Origin: a virus | Lineage: Duplodnaviria; Heunggongvirae; Uroviricota; Caudoviricetes | Reading direction: 5' to 3' (one strand) | IMG/VR virus record: IMGVR_UViG_3300028886_000034 | Location: 54,081-118,080 of that record | DNA: 64,000 nucleotides | Shown here: piece by piece, positions 18,967 through 26,600 of the stretch | Layout of the letters: every line of letters begins with the position of its first letter | How positions within the stretch are numbered: the first letter of the stretch is position 1 | Made by a program: the position numbers and the translations under genes | The notes under the pieces: generated by a model | What the model was told of the DNA's origin: nothing | Databases searched by the model: none | Seen by the model: the letters and a program-made list of their open reading frames with translations, nothing else

Positions 18967-19637
18967 CACAAGGTAATGTATTGTCACACTATAGAAAATT
19001 TAATCAGATTGCCCAGGTAACCTCTACTAAACTCCAAGGACCAGTTATTAGAGCTATGACTGCTAAAGGAAATGAATATCTTCAGAATCCAGAAACACTT
19101 CCAAATATGCCTGAAGATAAAAAGTACTTACCTAAGCAAATTAAAGAGATTTGTATTCTTAGAGCTATTCAGGAAAATGTTCCTAAAGATCCTACTCTTA
19201 GAAAAAGACTTGAAGCTAGAATTCAGTATATTCTAGAGAATCATACTGAAGAGCAGATTATTGAGCAGAAAAAGAAAGATGGTACTTTTAATAAACCTAT
19301 AGAACCTATTGTAGAAGGCCCTATTGATAAAGAATTTTTTATTAAAGTTTATAAAAGCCTTATTGATCCAGTTACTAAAATTAAATCTAAAAAGTTTAAT
19401 GAGAATACACTGATTAAATTTGTTAGTAGATCAAATAAATATTTCCACGAAATAACTTCTCATCAATATGATGATGAAATAATTCAAAAAGCTTGTGCAG
19501 TATTAACTGAAGTTAGTAGAGATATTAAAGATCAAAAAGCTGTTGATAGAGCTATTGACCTTTTGGAAGGTCATTATGATGATGGGATGGCTGATGTTTT
19601 TTCACAAATGAGCAGAGGTGATAATGATGATTTCTAA
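18957..19637 (+). CDS. hypothetical protein (226 aa)
   Basis: ORF only. Confidence 0.55.
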   Translation: MQVTQGNVLSHYRKFNQIAQVTSTKLQGPVIRAMTAKGNEYLQNPETLPNMPEDKKYLPKQIKEICILRAIQENVPKDPTLRKRLEARIQYILENHTEEQIIEQKKKDGTFNKPIEPIVEGPIDKEFFIKVYKSLIDPVTKIKSKKFNENTLIKFVSRSNKYFHEITSHQYDDEIIQKACAVLTEVSRDIKDQKAVDRAIDLLEGHYDDGMADVFSQMSRGDNDDF

Positions 19638-20049
19638 AAAAGATGTTCTTAATGAATATGCTAAGTTTGATGATAATGCACTTCAAAAACATACAGATCT
19701 TAATAAGAAAACTGTAGAAAGTATTGCTGAACTGGCTACTAAATTATATGAATCTGATATTGGAAAAGATTTTGAAGAAGATGTTTGTATTGATTGTATG
19801 AATGATTCACAAAGAAAACAATATTATATCCTAGAATCAATTGTAAGACATTTTAATGATGATGACCCATATTTGTGCTCTTTTATTGAAGATAAACAAG
19901 AACGCATTAAAGATGAAGTTTATTTTAGATCAGATAAGTTTTTGCTAGAAACTGATGAATTTGATGATAGTTATGGTGATTACCTAGGTAATGACTTTAA
20001 ATATGATATCAGAAGGGATGATGACGATTATGAATGTAACTTTGATTAG
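19618..20049 (+). CDS. acidic hypothetical protein (143 aa)
   Basis: An AGAGGTG Shine-Dalgarno precedes it. Confidence 0.5.
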   Translation: MIMMISKKDVLNEYAKFDDNALQKHTDLNKKTVESIAELATKLYESDIGKDFEEDVCIDCMNDSQRKQYYILESIVRHFNDDDPYLCSFIEDKQERIKDEVYFRSDKFLLETDEFDDSYGDYLGNDFKYDIRRDDDDYECNFD

Positions 20050-20701
20050 TAATACTGAGGATCCTGAATTTGTAATTACTTTAGCTGCTGCCACATGTTA
20101 TTCAGATTTGACTCTTGACAAATTGAAAGAGAAGTGTTTAAATAAAGAGTATCAAGACAAGATGGTAAAAATGCTTCTGGAAAATGGTCATGAATCTCCA
20201 CTTGAACATGCTAATTTTACCTTTTTTATTGAAGGTATTAGTAGAAGTGTTAGCCATCAGCTTGTTCGTCATAGGATTGCTTCTTATTCTCAGAGAAGTC
20301 AAAGATATACTACGATGCGACCTGAAGAGTTTACTATCCCAGAATCAATTAAAAATAATCCTCATGCACAGGCTTTGTTTGAACAGCATCTTAAGGATAC
20401 ATTTGATTTGTATAATGCATATATTGAAGATGGAATTCCTAAAGAAGATGCTAGAGAGATTCTTCCTAATGCTACTCAGACTTCTTTGGTTATGACTATG
20501 AATCTAAGAGAGCTTAGGCACTTTATGGAATTGCGAATGTGTATGAGAGCTCAAAGTGGTATTAGAGAATTGGCTGATAGGATCTATATTATCTTCCAGA
20601 ATCAGTTTCCTTTGTTGATTATTGGTTGTGGTCCTAAGTGCTGGTTTGGAAAATGCACTGAAAAGCATAGGACTAAGGATTGCCCTAAGGAGAAAATTTA
20701 A
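20030..20701 (+). CDS. thyX: flavin-dependent thymidylate synthase ThyX
   Basis: It carries the ThyX signature RHRIASYSQRSQRY (RHR-X7-S) with the upstream context ESPLEHANFTFFIEG. The start is trimmed to the ATG at 20030. Confidence 0.8.
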   Translation: MNVTLISNTEDPEFVITLAAATCYSDLTLDKLKEKCLNKEYQDKMVKMLLENGHESPLEHANFTFFIEGISRSVSHQLVRHRIASYSQRSQRYTTMRPEEFTIPESIKNNPHAQALFEQHLKDTFDLYNAYIEDGIPKEDAREILPNATQTSLVMTMNLRELRHFMELRMCMRAQSGIRELADRIYIIFQNQFPLLIIGCGPKCWFGKCTEKHRTKDCPKEKI

Positions 20702-20753
20702 TAATTAGATATATTATAAACTAGAGTTTATAAATGAAAAGAGGGTATATGCT

Positions 20754-21863
20754 GTGGCTCAGTTAGAATATTGTTTGATAGACGGTAGCATTAAGAATAT
20801 TTCTGAAGTAGTGTCTGGGTTGCATAATTATATCTGCCCTATATGCGGGGAGCCTTTAGTAGCTAAAAAAGGTAATATTGTTGGTCATCATTTTTCACAT
20901 TTACCGAATAGTAAATGTCCAGCTTCAGTTTATGTTCATGGAGAGACTAATTTACATTTAGGCATGAAAAAGATTATTATGGAAACAGGCCTATGTAGGA
21001 TGCCTGAATTAGATATTGATTGGAATGGTAATATTATAAATCCTAATACGCTTAGTATGGGCACATCATATATTAGGATTAAAGAATCAAATTTTTATAA
21101 ATTTAATAAGGGTTATCTTGAAAAAAATTTAAATTGTGCTAATGGGAAATATATTAGACCCGATTTGACATGCTATGATGTTAGTTATGAGGAAATGTTT
21201 GGATTTAATAGCTCTCCATGTAGCGTGTATCTTGAAGTAACAGTAACCCATGGAGTAGATGATGTAAAACTAGATTTAATTAAATCTATAGATACTAATA
21301 ATTTTTATGTTGTAGAGTATGACTTATCTAAAGTAAATAGAGAATCTACATATGACGAATTAAAACAGGCATACTTAAGCGGCAGTATTCCATGCAATTG
21401 GATTCATAGAAGTGGTGAGAGCGACCTAGTTTGTGATAGATCTTATGAATACGCTTTTCGAGTTACAAACGGAGTTAAATGGTATGTAGATAGGTTTTAT
21501 GACAATCTAACTGATGAGGGATTAGATGCTTTAAAAGAGACTGACATTATAGAATATATGGAACAAAAGAAGTTTAAGAATATATTAGAAAATAAAAATT
21601 TTAATGGATTAGATCTAACAAGACAGTGGACATTTTTTAGAAACGAATTTCCAAGGTCGATTGTTACATCAAACGTTAATTTTTGCCCACAATTTCAGGA
21701 CTACCATATAAGGAAAAAGGCACCAGTGATGATTCAGTGCTTATCGTGTAAGCACTGTAAGAGAGCAACTTATTTTAATAGTAATAGCTATCCTAAATTT
21801 ATTATCTTATGTGAAGATAAGACAGCTCGTAATGGATATAAGGTTTTTAATAAAGCCTCTTGA
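20754..21863 (+). CDS. CoiA-like zinc-finger/nuclease family protein (369 aa), GTG start
   Basis: The N-terminal signature YICPICGEPLVAKKGNIVGHHFSHLPNSKC matches the competence CoiA family pattern CPxCx...KxG...HFxH...C. AGAGGG lies 9 nt before the GTG at 20754. Confidence 0.5.
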   Translation: MAQLEYCLIDGSIKNISEVVSGLHNYICPICGEPLVAKKGNIVGHHFSHLPNSKCPASVYVHGETNLHLGMKKIIMETGLCRMPELDIDWNGNIINPNTLSMGTSYIRIKESNFYKFNKGYLEKNLNCANGKYIRPDLTCYDVSYEEMFGFNSSPCSVYLEVTVTHGVDDVKLDLIKSIDTNNFYVVEYDLSKVNRESTYDELKQAYLSGSIPCNWIHRSGESDLVCDRSYEYAFRVTNGVKWYVDRFYDNLTDEGLDALKETDIIEYMEQKKFKNILENKNFNGLDLTRQWTFFRNEFPRSIVTSNVNFCPQFQDYHIRKKAPVMIQCLSCKHCKRATYFNSNSYPKFIILCEDKTARNGYKVFNKAS

Positions 21864-21925
21864 TAAATGTTTTATATAGTATAGTTATGTTATAACAAAA
21901 GACAATTGAGGGGGAAACCAAGGCA

Positions 21926-23410
21926 ATGCAACTTACTGCTAGTTTTAACTTTTATAGAAGACCTGGAAATGAAGAAGTATATGATTGGCTTGTAGAAGCA
22001 TGTACTGTTGCTAAGAATTTGTATAATCAGACACTGTACTATGCTTATGAGTTTAAAGAAGCTTATGACCCGGTTAGAGAACAATATAAAAAAGAAACTG
22101 GTAAGTCTTTTCCTTGGTTTCCAGACGAATACGTTGGTTTTGAAAAACCTGTCGATGATTTTTTTAAAGTAATGAGTTTGAGGAGATATGCCAGTGAACA
22201 AGATGAGAACGGTGAGTATTATACTAAAAATCTTGAGGGTAAAAGTAATTGGGAACTACTTAAAAATCTTGTAGGTAGAGATGCAACTACAGAGGTAATT
22301 AGAACATTACTATCTAAAAATTTAAAATCATATGGAAGATCCCTTGGGGATTGGAGTAGGCACCCGGAAAAATATAAAGGAATGCCAAGAAAGCCCGGTT
22401 TTTATAAAAAAGGAGATCTGTGCCCATTATACTTTTCTGGTACTTCTATTAAAATTAACTCAAAAACTAGAAGTCTTGTGTTTCCTAAGCCGAGGGGAAC
22501 GGATGGATATAATAAAAGCATTTATATCCCACTTCAAAAATTGCCACATAATTCGGAGTATGTAAAAGGAAAAAGAATTGACCAAGTTAGGATAATTCCT
22601 AAAAAAGGATATTTTAAGATTGAAATAATTTATACGTATAATGAATCGGTTCCTAAACTTGATAATAAACGATATCTTAGTATTGATTTGGGTATTAGAA
22701 ATTTTTGTACTATAATTACTAGTGATGATAAACTTAATCCAGTTATCCTTGATGGTAATGCTTTGAAATCTAAAATTAGATTTTATCATTTAATGGTAGA
22801 TAAACTTAAACATAAGATTGAAGTTATTACTGATGAAAATGGGAAGAAAAGACCTAAGCAGTATACTACTAAGAGAATTGAAGCAATGACAAAGAATCAT
22901 ATTAATCGTATAAATTATATCGTTGATGCATATACTAAGTATATTGTTAGATATTGCCTCCATTATAATATTTGTAGAGTTATTTGCGGTTGGAATAAAG
23001 ATATGAAGCAGAAGATCAATACTGGGCATAAAAATAATCAAATTATTGTTAACTTTCCTTTTAAAAAACTACTTGACAAACTCGAATATAAGTGTAAAAT
23101 GAGGGGCATAAGCTTCGAGATTGTTGAAGAGTCTTATACTAGTAAAACAGATCATCTTAGAAATGCTCCCTTGGCTACTAAAGAAGACCCTGAAACTAGA
23201 GATGAGGCTAACTTTGGTAAAAGAATTCACAGAGGATTGTTTTCTTCTGGGGTTGGAAAGTTGGTGAATGCTGATGTAAATGGCGCTATGGGTATTATGA
23301 GAAAAGCAATTCCAGATTTTAGTTGGGTTGGATACCATCCATTTCATCCAGTTAGGATGAGAGTTAAAGACGTAATTGAAGGTCTAAAGTATTCTAAATT
23401 CCCTAAATAA
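21926..23410 (+). CDS. TnpB/Cas12-like RuvC-fold protein (494 aa), candidate compact type V CRISPR effector
   Basis: The RuvC-I motif is LSIDLGIRNF (D254). A TnpB-like helix NHINRINYIVDAYTKYIV follows. The YTSK motif is EIVEESYTSKTDH and RuvC-III is NADVNGAMGI (D450). The gene lies directly upstream of a CRISPR array. No CxxC zinc finger is present, and the usual IxxEDLN position reads VICGWNKDM. Confidence 0.7.
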   Translation: MQLTASFNFYRRPGNEEVYDWLVEACTVAKNLYNQTLYYAYEFKEAYDPVREQYKKETGKSFPWFPDEYVGFEKPVDDFFKVMSLRRYASEQDENGEYYTKNLEGKSNWELLKNLVGRDATTEVIRTLLSKNLKSYGRSLGDWSRHPEKYKGMPRKPGFYKKGDLCPLYFSGTSIKINSKTRSLVFPKPRGTDGYNKSIYIPLQKLPHNSEYVKGKRIDQVRIIPKKGYFKIEIIYTYNESVPKLDNKRYLSIDLGIRNFCTIITSDDKLNPVILDGNALKSKIRFYHLMVDKLKHKIEVITDENGKKRPKQYTTKRIEAMTKNHINRINYIVDAYTKYIVRYCLHYNICRVICGWNKDMKQKINTGHKNNQIIVNFPFKKLLDKLEYKCKMRGISFEIVEESYTSKTDHLRNAPLATKEDPETRDEANFGKRIHRGLFSSGVGKLVNADVNGAMGIMRKAIPDFSWVGYHPFHPVRMRVKDVIEGLKYSKFPK

Positions 23411-23520
23411 ACAGGGGATGTATTTGGGTAAGTTTGGCAAACCCATTTAAATAAGATCATCAGAATCAGCGATGTGAATTTAAATAAAGTTAATGAAAAT
23501 TAACTGCCTCCGGATTTATT

Positions 23521-23542
23521 CGGATACGATACTTTTTATTTG
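23521..23542 (+). ncRNA. candidate tracrRNA anti-repeat
   Basis: The segment CGGATACGATACTTTTTATTTG can pair with the repeat 3' half CAAATAAGGGTATCGTAT. ATACGATA pairs with TATCGTAT (8 bp) and ATTTG pairs with CAAAT (5 bp), linked by A-U and G-U pairs. It lies between the effector gene and the array on the same strand. Confidence 0.4.
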
Positions 23543-23621
23543 TTTTTACGTATGGAAAATGCTGTTTTTTACAACTGAATATTGAATAAACTCAGTATTT
23601 GTAAGAGTTTGCGTATAGGAT

Positions 23622-24247
23622 ACTATACGGTACTTACAAATAAGGGTATCGTATAACAAAAGAAGATACAACAGACGATAAAAAAGAACTATACGGTACT
23701 TACAAATAAGGGTATCGTATAACATGATATTAAAGAGTATGCTGATTTGGGTGACTATACGGTACTTACAAATAAGGGTATCGTATAACTCTAACTATTA
23801 CTGCTATTACCTCATCATCACTATACGGTACTTACAAATAAGGGTATCGTATAACGCTATCTTCTTCCTGCATGGTCCATCACATACTATACGGTACTTA
23901 CAAATAAGGGTATCGTATAACAGTGATGTAAAAATGAAATTTAATGATGTTACTATACGGTACTTACAAATAAGGGTATCGTATAACAGACATTTTAAAC
24001 ATGAGTATTTTAGCACTATACGACACTTACAAATAAAGAGTATCGTATAACTTGACGTGCTCTTTCAGTTCTGGTATACTCACTATACGTTACTTATAAA
24101 TAAGGGTATCGTATAACTATGAGCTTTTGGAGTAGTGGAATTGTTTTACCATGTGGACTTACAAATAAGAATATCGTATAATTGATACCTGATTAGTATT
24201 GTATTGCCCATACTATACAGGACCTACAAATAAGAATATTGTGTAAT
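23622..24247 (+). CRISPR. CRISPR array with 10 repeats (35-36 nt; consensus A-CTATACGGTACTTACAAATAAGGGTATCGTATAAC) and 9 unique spacers of about 28-31 nt
   Basis: Repeats begin at 23623, 23689, 23755, 23821, 23887, 23953, 24016, 24083, about 24149 and 24213. The first six are identical and the last four are progressively degenerate. The AT-rich leader is therefore at the 5' side (23410-23620). Confidence 0.85.
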
Positions 24248-24249
24248 TA

Positions 24250-24278
24250 TTGACAAAGTATGCCGAGTCTGATAGAAT
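24250..24278 (+). promoter_or_regulatory. sigma70-type promoter TTGACA-N17-TAGAAT
   Basis: The -35 is at 24250-24255 and the -10 at 24273-24278. It abuts the last degenerate repeat and precedes the intein-C/polymerase gene. Confidence 0.5.
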
Positions 24279-24301
24279 CATTATATGGGTGGTGAAGGAA
24301 A

Positions 24302-25297
24302 ATGAAGATAGAGAGTGTTAAATCAATAGAAGTGATTACTCCAGAAGAACCTATTGATGTATATGATATTGAAATGCCAGATGATGATCATTGTTTTTTT
24401 GCAAATGACATATTAGTTCATAATACAGATTCAATTTTTACTAAATATGGCGATGCATTGAAAGCAATTTATGGAAAAGATTATGATGAAATTTCTGACA
24501 AGGAAAAGATAGATAAAGTTATTGAATTGAATGAATCTGTAGCACAGTATATTAATAATGTAATGATTCATGAACTTCTTAATATGCATAATACATCTCC
24601 TACAGAATCTTCGGCTAAAAAGTTTAACTTTAATTTTAAACAGGAACTTGTTATTAGAAGAGCTTTGTTTCTGGAAATCAAAAAGAAGTATGCTATTTGG
24701 TTAGTTTCCAAAGAAGGAAAGCCTTTGGATAAAATCAGTATTAGTGGTATAGAAGTTGTAAGATCTGATTATCCTCAATTTAGCAGAGATATGTTAAATG
24801 ATTTTATTGAGCATATCCTTAAGAAAGGAATCAGTAAAGAAGAGCTTACCACTAAGATTGATGATTATAGAGGTAGATATGTTGAGCAGTTAAAAACAGG
24901 TACAGTTTATTGTGCTATTCCAAGTTCTTGGAATAAAGAAAACTATGCCCAAGATAGACTGCCAAGATCAGTTAAATCTATGTTGGTATATAATGCAATT
25001 TATGGAAGTACCTTTAGAGTAATGGATAGAGGCTATAGATTTGACTTGGAAGAAATTGATATAGGTCAATTTGATTCAGATACACAAAGACGCTTGACAG
25101 ATTTAGTTCGATCTGGTACAATGGGTAAAGAAGGTAAGTTAGATTGTATTACTATTCCTACTAATGGTACATTAGATTTAACTAAGTTTAGAATTAATTA
25201 TAATAAAATGCAAGAATTTGCAGTTGATGATCGTATTTCTAATTTTTGTGATATCTTTGGGATTAAAGTTGATGATCCTAATGATATAGGTTGGTAG
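24302..25297 (+). CDS. C-terminal split-intein fragment (about 41 aa) fused to the C-terminal part of family-B DNA polymerase (rest of motif C plus thumb)
   Basis: The intein blocks F/G end in VYDIEMPDDDHCFFANDILVHN. The C-extein follows immediately and starts TDSIFTKYGD, which completes YGD|TDS. The KKRY-type motif EIKKKYAIW lies downstream. An AAGGA Shine-Dalgarno precedes the gene. Confidence 0.85.
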   Translation: MKIESVKSIEVITPEEPIDVYDIEMPDDDHCFFANDILVHNTDSIFTKYGDALKAIYGKDYDEISDKEKIDKVIELNESVAQYINNVMIHELLNMHNTSPTESSAKKFNFNFKQELVIRRALFLEIKKKYAIWLVSKEGKPLDKISISGIEVVRSDYPQFSRDMLNDFIEHILKKGISKEELTTKIDDYRGRYVEQLKTGTVYCAIPSSWNKENYAQDRLPRSVKSMLVYNAIYGSTFRVMDRGYRFDLEEIDIGQFDSDTQRRLTDLVRSGTMGKEGKLDCITIPTNGTLDLTKFRINYNKMQEFAVDDRISNFCDIFGIKVDDPNDIGW

Positions 25298-25487
25298 TAA
25301 ATAATCTTATAAAAAGGAGCGAAGTAGATTCAATTAGGTATGGGAAAAGAACTTAAGAAGTTTAAGCTGGATGAGGATTCTTGGGATTACACCAAAAAGA
25401 AAAAGGATAAGGGTTATCACAAGAATACGTCAAAACGAGCAGACCCTAATAAGGGCAAAAATAACAGACAAAGAAGGAGCAGAAACT

Positions 25488-26054
25488 ATGATTGAGTATC
25501 GTATTAATAAGGACAAAGGTGTAGTGTGTGCATTTATGACAAATTGCAATCGTGATTTTGTTAATTTTGTTTATAATTGCACAGCAGTTCATAGGAATGG
25601 TGATTGTAATTTTGTTGCTGACCTTATCGATAAGAAACTCCTTGAAGAGTTTCCAGATAAGTTTTTTGCAGTAGCAAAGTGTAATCCAGAAACTAATGAT
25701 ACTTGGAATGAAGAGTTTGGTAAAGAAGTAGCTAAAGCAAAACTTCTTGCTAAGTATTATAGAGTTAGGGCTAGATTTATTGGAGAAATCTTCTCAGACA
25801 TTAGTATGATGATGAATGATTTTAGAACTGGAATTCTTAGCAGACTTAATGAAGGTTTCTCAGTAGCTACAGAGAAGATGACTATCAATAATGAAATTGT
25901 TTATGCGGTGAATATGGGTTATGATCCAACTGACCCCGACAGTGATATTTCTCAGTATCTTGATGCTCAGGATTGGAATGATCTTGAAGCTGCTGATATT
26001 GAAATTGATGAAGACAATGGAACTGAAGAAGCTCCTTCTGAAGACAATAATTAA
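25488..26054 (+). CDS. hypothetical protein with acidic C-terminus (188 aa)
   Basis: AAGGAG lies 8 nt before the ATG at 25488. The track ORF is trimmed to this start. Confidence 0.5.
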   Translation: MIEYRINKDKGVVCAFMTNCNRDFVNFVYNCTAVHRNGDCNFVADLIDKKLLEEFPDKFFAVAKCNPETNDTWNEEFGKEVAKAKLLAKYYRVRARFIGEIFSDISMMMNDFRTGILSRLNEGFSVATEKMTINNEIVYAVNMGYDPTDPDSDISQYLDAQDWNDLEAADIEIDEDNGTEEAPSEDNN

Positions 26055-26077
26055 TAATTGAAAGGAATTGATGTATA

Positions 26078-26515
26078 ATGGCAGCTCAGTTTAATCAGGT
26101 TATTCTTTGTGGAAATCTTGGTGCAGATCCTTTTTATAAGGTTTATGAATCAGGTCGTTATTTCACCTCTTTTAGGCTCTTTGTGAATAGAAGCTATTAC
26201 ACTAAGGGTGAAAGTGGAGAGCTTGAACGTAAGGAAGCTACTGATGCACCTCTTGTTCAGTGCTGGGGCAAGAATGCTGAAAGAATGGCTAAATACCTTA
26301 AAAAGGGTAGAAATGTTATGATTATTGGCCATATTGAAACTCGAATGTGGGAAGATGAAAATAACCCTGAAAAGAAGAACACTATTACAGTGGTTATGGC
26401 AGATGATTTCAAATTCCTGGATTCCCCTAAGCGTGATAATCCTAGCACATCATATACTTCTGAGGATAAGCTGGAAGCACCTGTTGGTGATGTGATTAAG
26501 GATGTTGACCTTTAA
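26078..26515 (+). CDS. ssb: single-stranded DNA-binding protein
   Basis: The N-terminal OB-fold signature is MAAQFNQVILCGNLGADPFYK, followed by an acidic/aromatic C-terminal tail. Confidence 0.75.
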   Translation: MAAQFNQVILCGNLGADPFYKVYESGRYFTSFRLFVNRSYYTKGESGELERKEATDAPLVQCWGKNAERMAKYLKKGRNVMIIGHIETRMWEDENNPEKKNTITVVMADDFKFLDSPKRDNPSTSYTSEDKLEAPVGDVIKDVDL

Positions 26516-26518
26516 GGC

Positions 26519-26547
26519 TTGACATAAAACATTCGAAGTGGTATACT
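26519..26547 (+). promoter_or_regulatory. promoter-like TTGACA-N17-TATACT overlapping the ssb terminator
   Basis: The -35 is at 26519-26524 and the -10 at 26542-26547. The -10 lies inside the 5' arm of the terminator hairpin. It may fire into the helicase gene. Confidence 0.35.
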
Positions 26548-26579
26548 TCTCATATAGAGAGGTGTACCACTTCTTTTTT
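26535..26579 (+). terminator. rho-independent terminator
   Basis: A 12-bp stem GAAGTGGTATAC/GTGTACCACTTC with one mismatch is followed by a T6 run. Confidence 0.7.
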
Positions 26580-26600
26580 ATATAAGGAGGGTTAGTTTAA

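Noticed and set aside
20184-20495. 103-aa ORF inside thyX (alternative frame), and similar nested ORFs (731-1075, 9148-9351, 27514-27702, 37180-37461, 51112-51306, 52117-52347)
   Set aside because: They are fully embedded in longer, motif-supported genes in another frame. They are Leu/Ile-rich and lack start signals.
21926-23410. Whether the RuvC protein is simply an IS200/IS605 tnpB with a flanking insertion sequence
   Set aside because: No HUH transposase (tnpA) ORF and no subterminal palindromic insertion-sequence ends were seen nearby. The downstream sequence is a repeat-spacer array with unique spacers rather than a single guide-RNA scaffold. A domesticated Cas12-like role is therefore favoured, though an IS origin is not excluded.
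23724-24050. 108-aa plus-strand ORF and 69-aa minus-strand ORF (23807-24016) with internal IRYLQIRVSYN repeats
   Set aside because: Both are translations of the CRISPR repeat units. The periodic peptide comes from the 66-nt repeat-spacer period and is not a protein.
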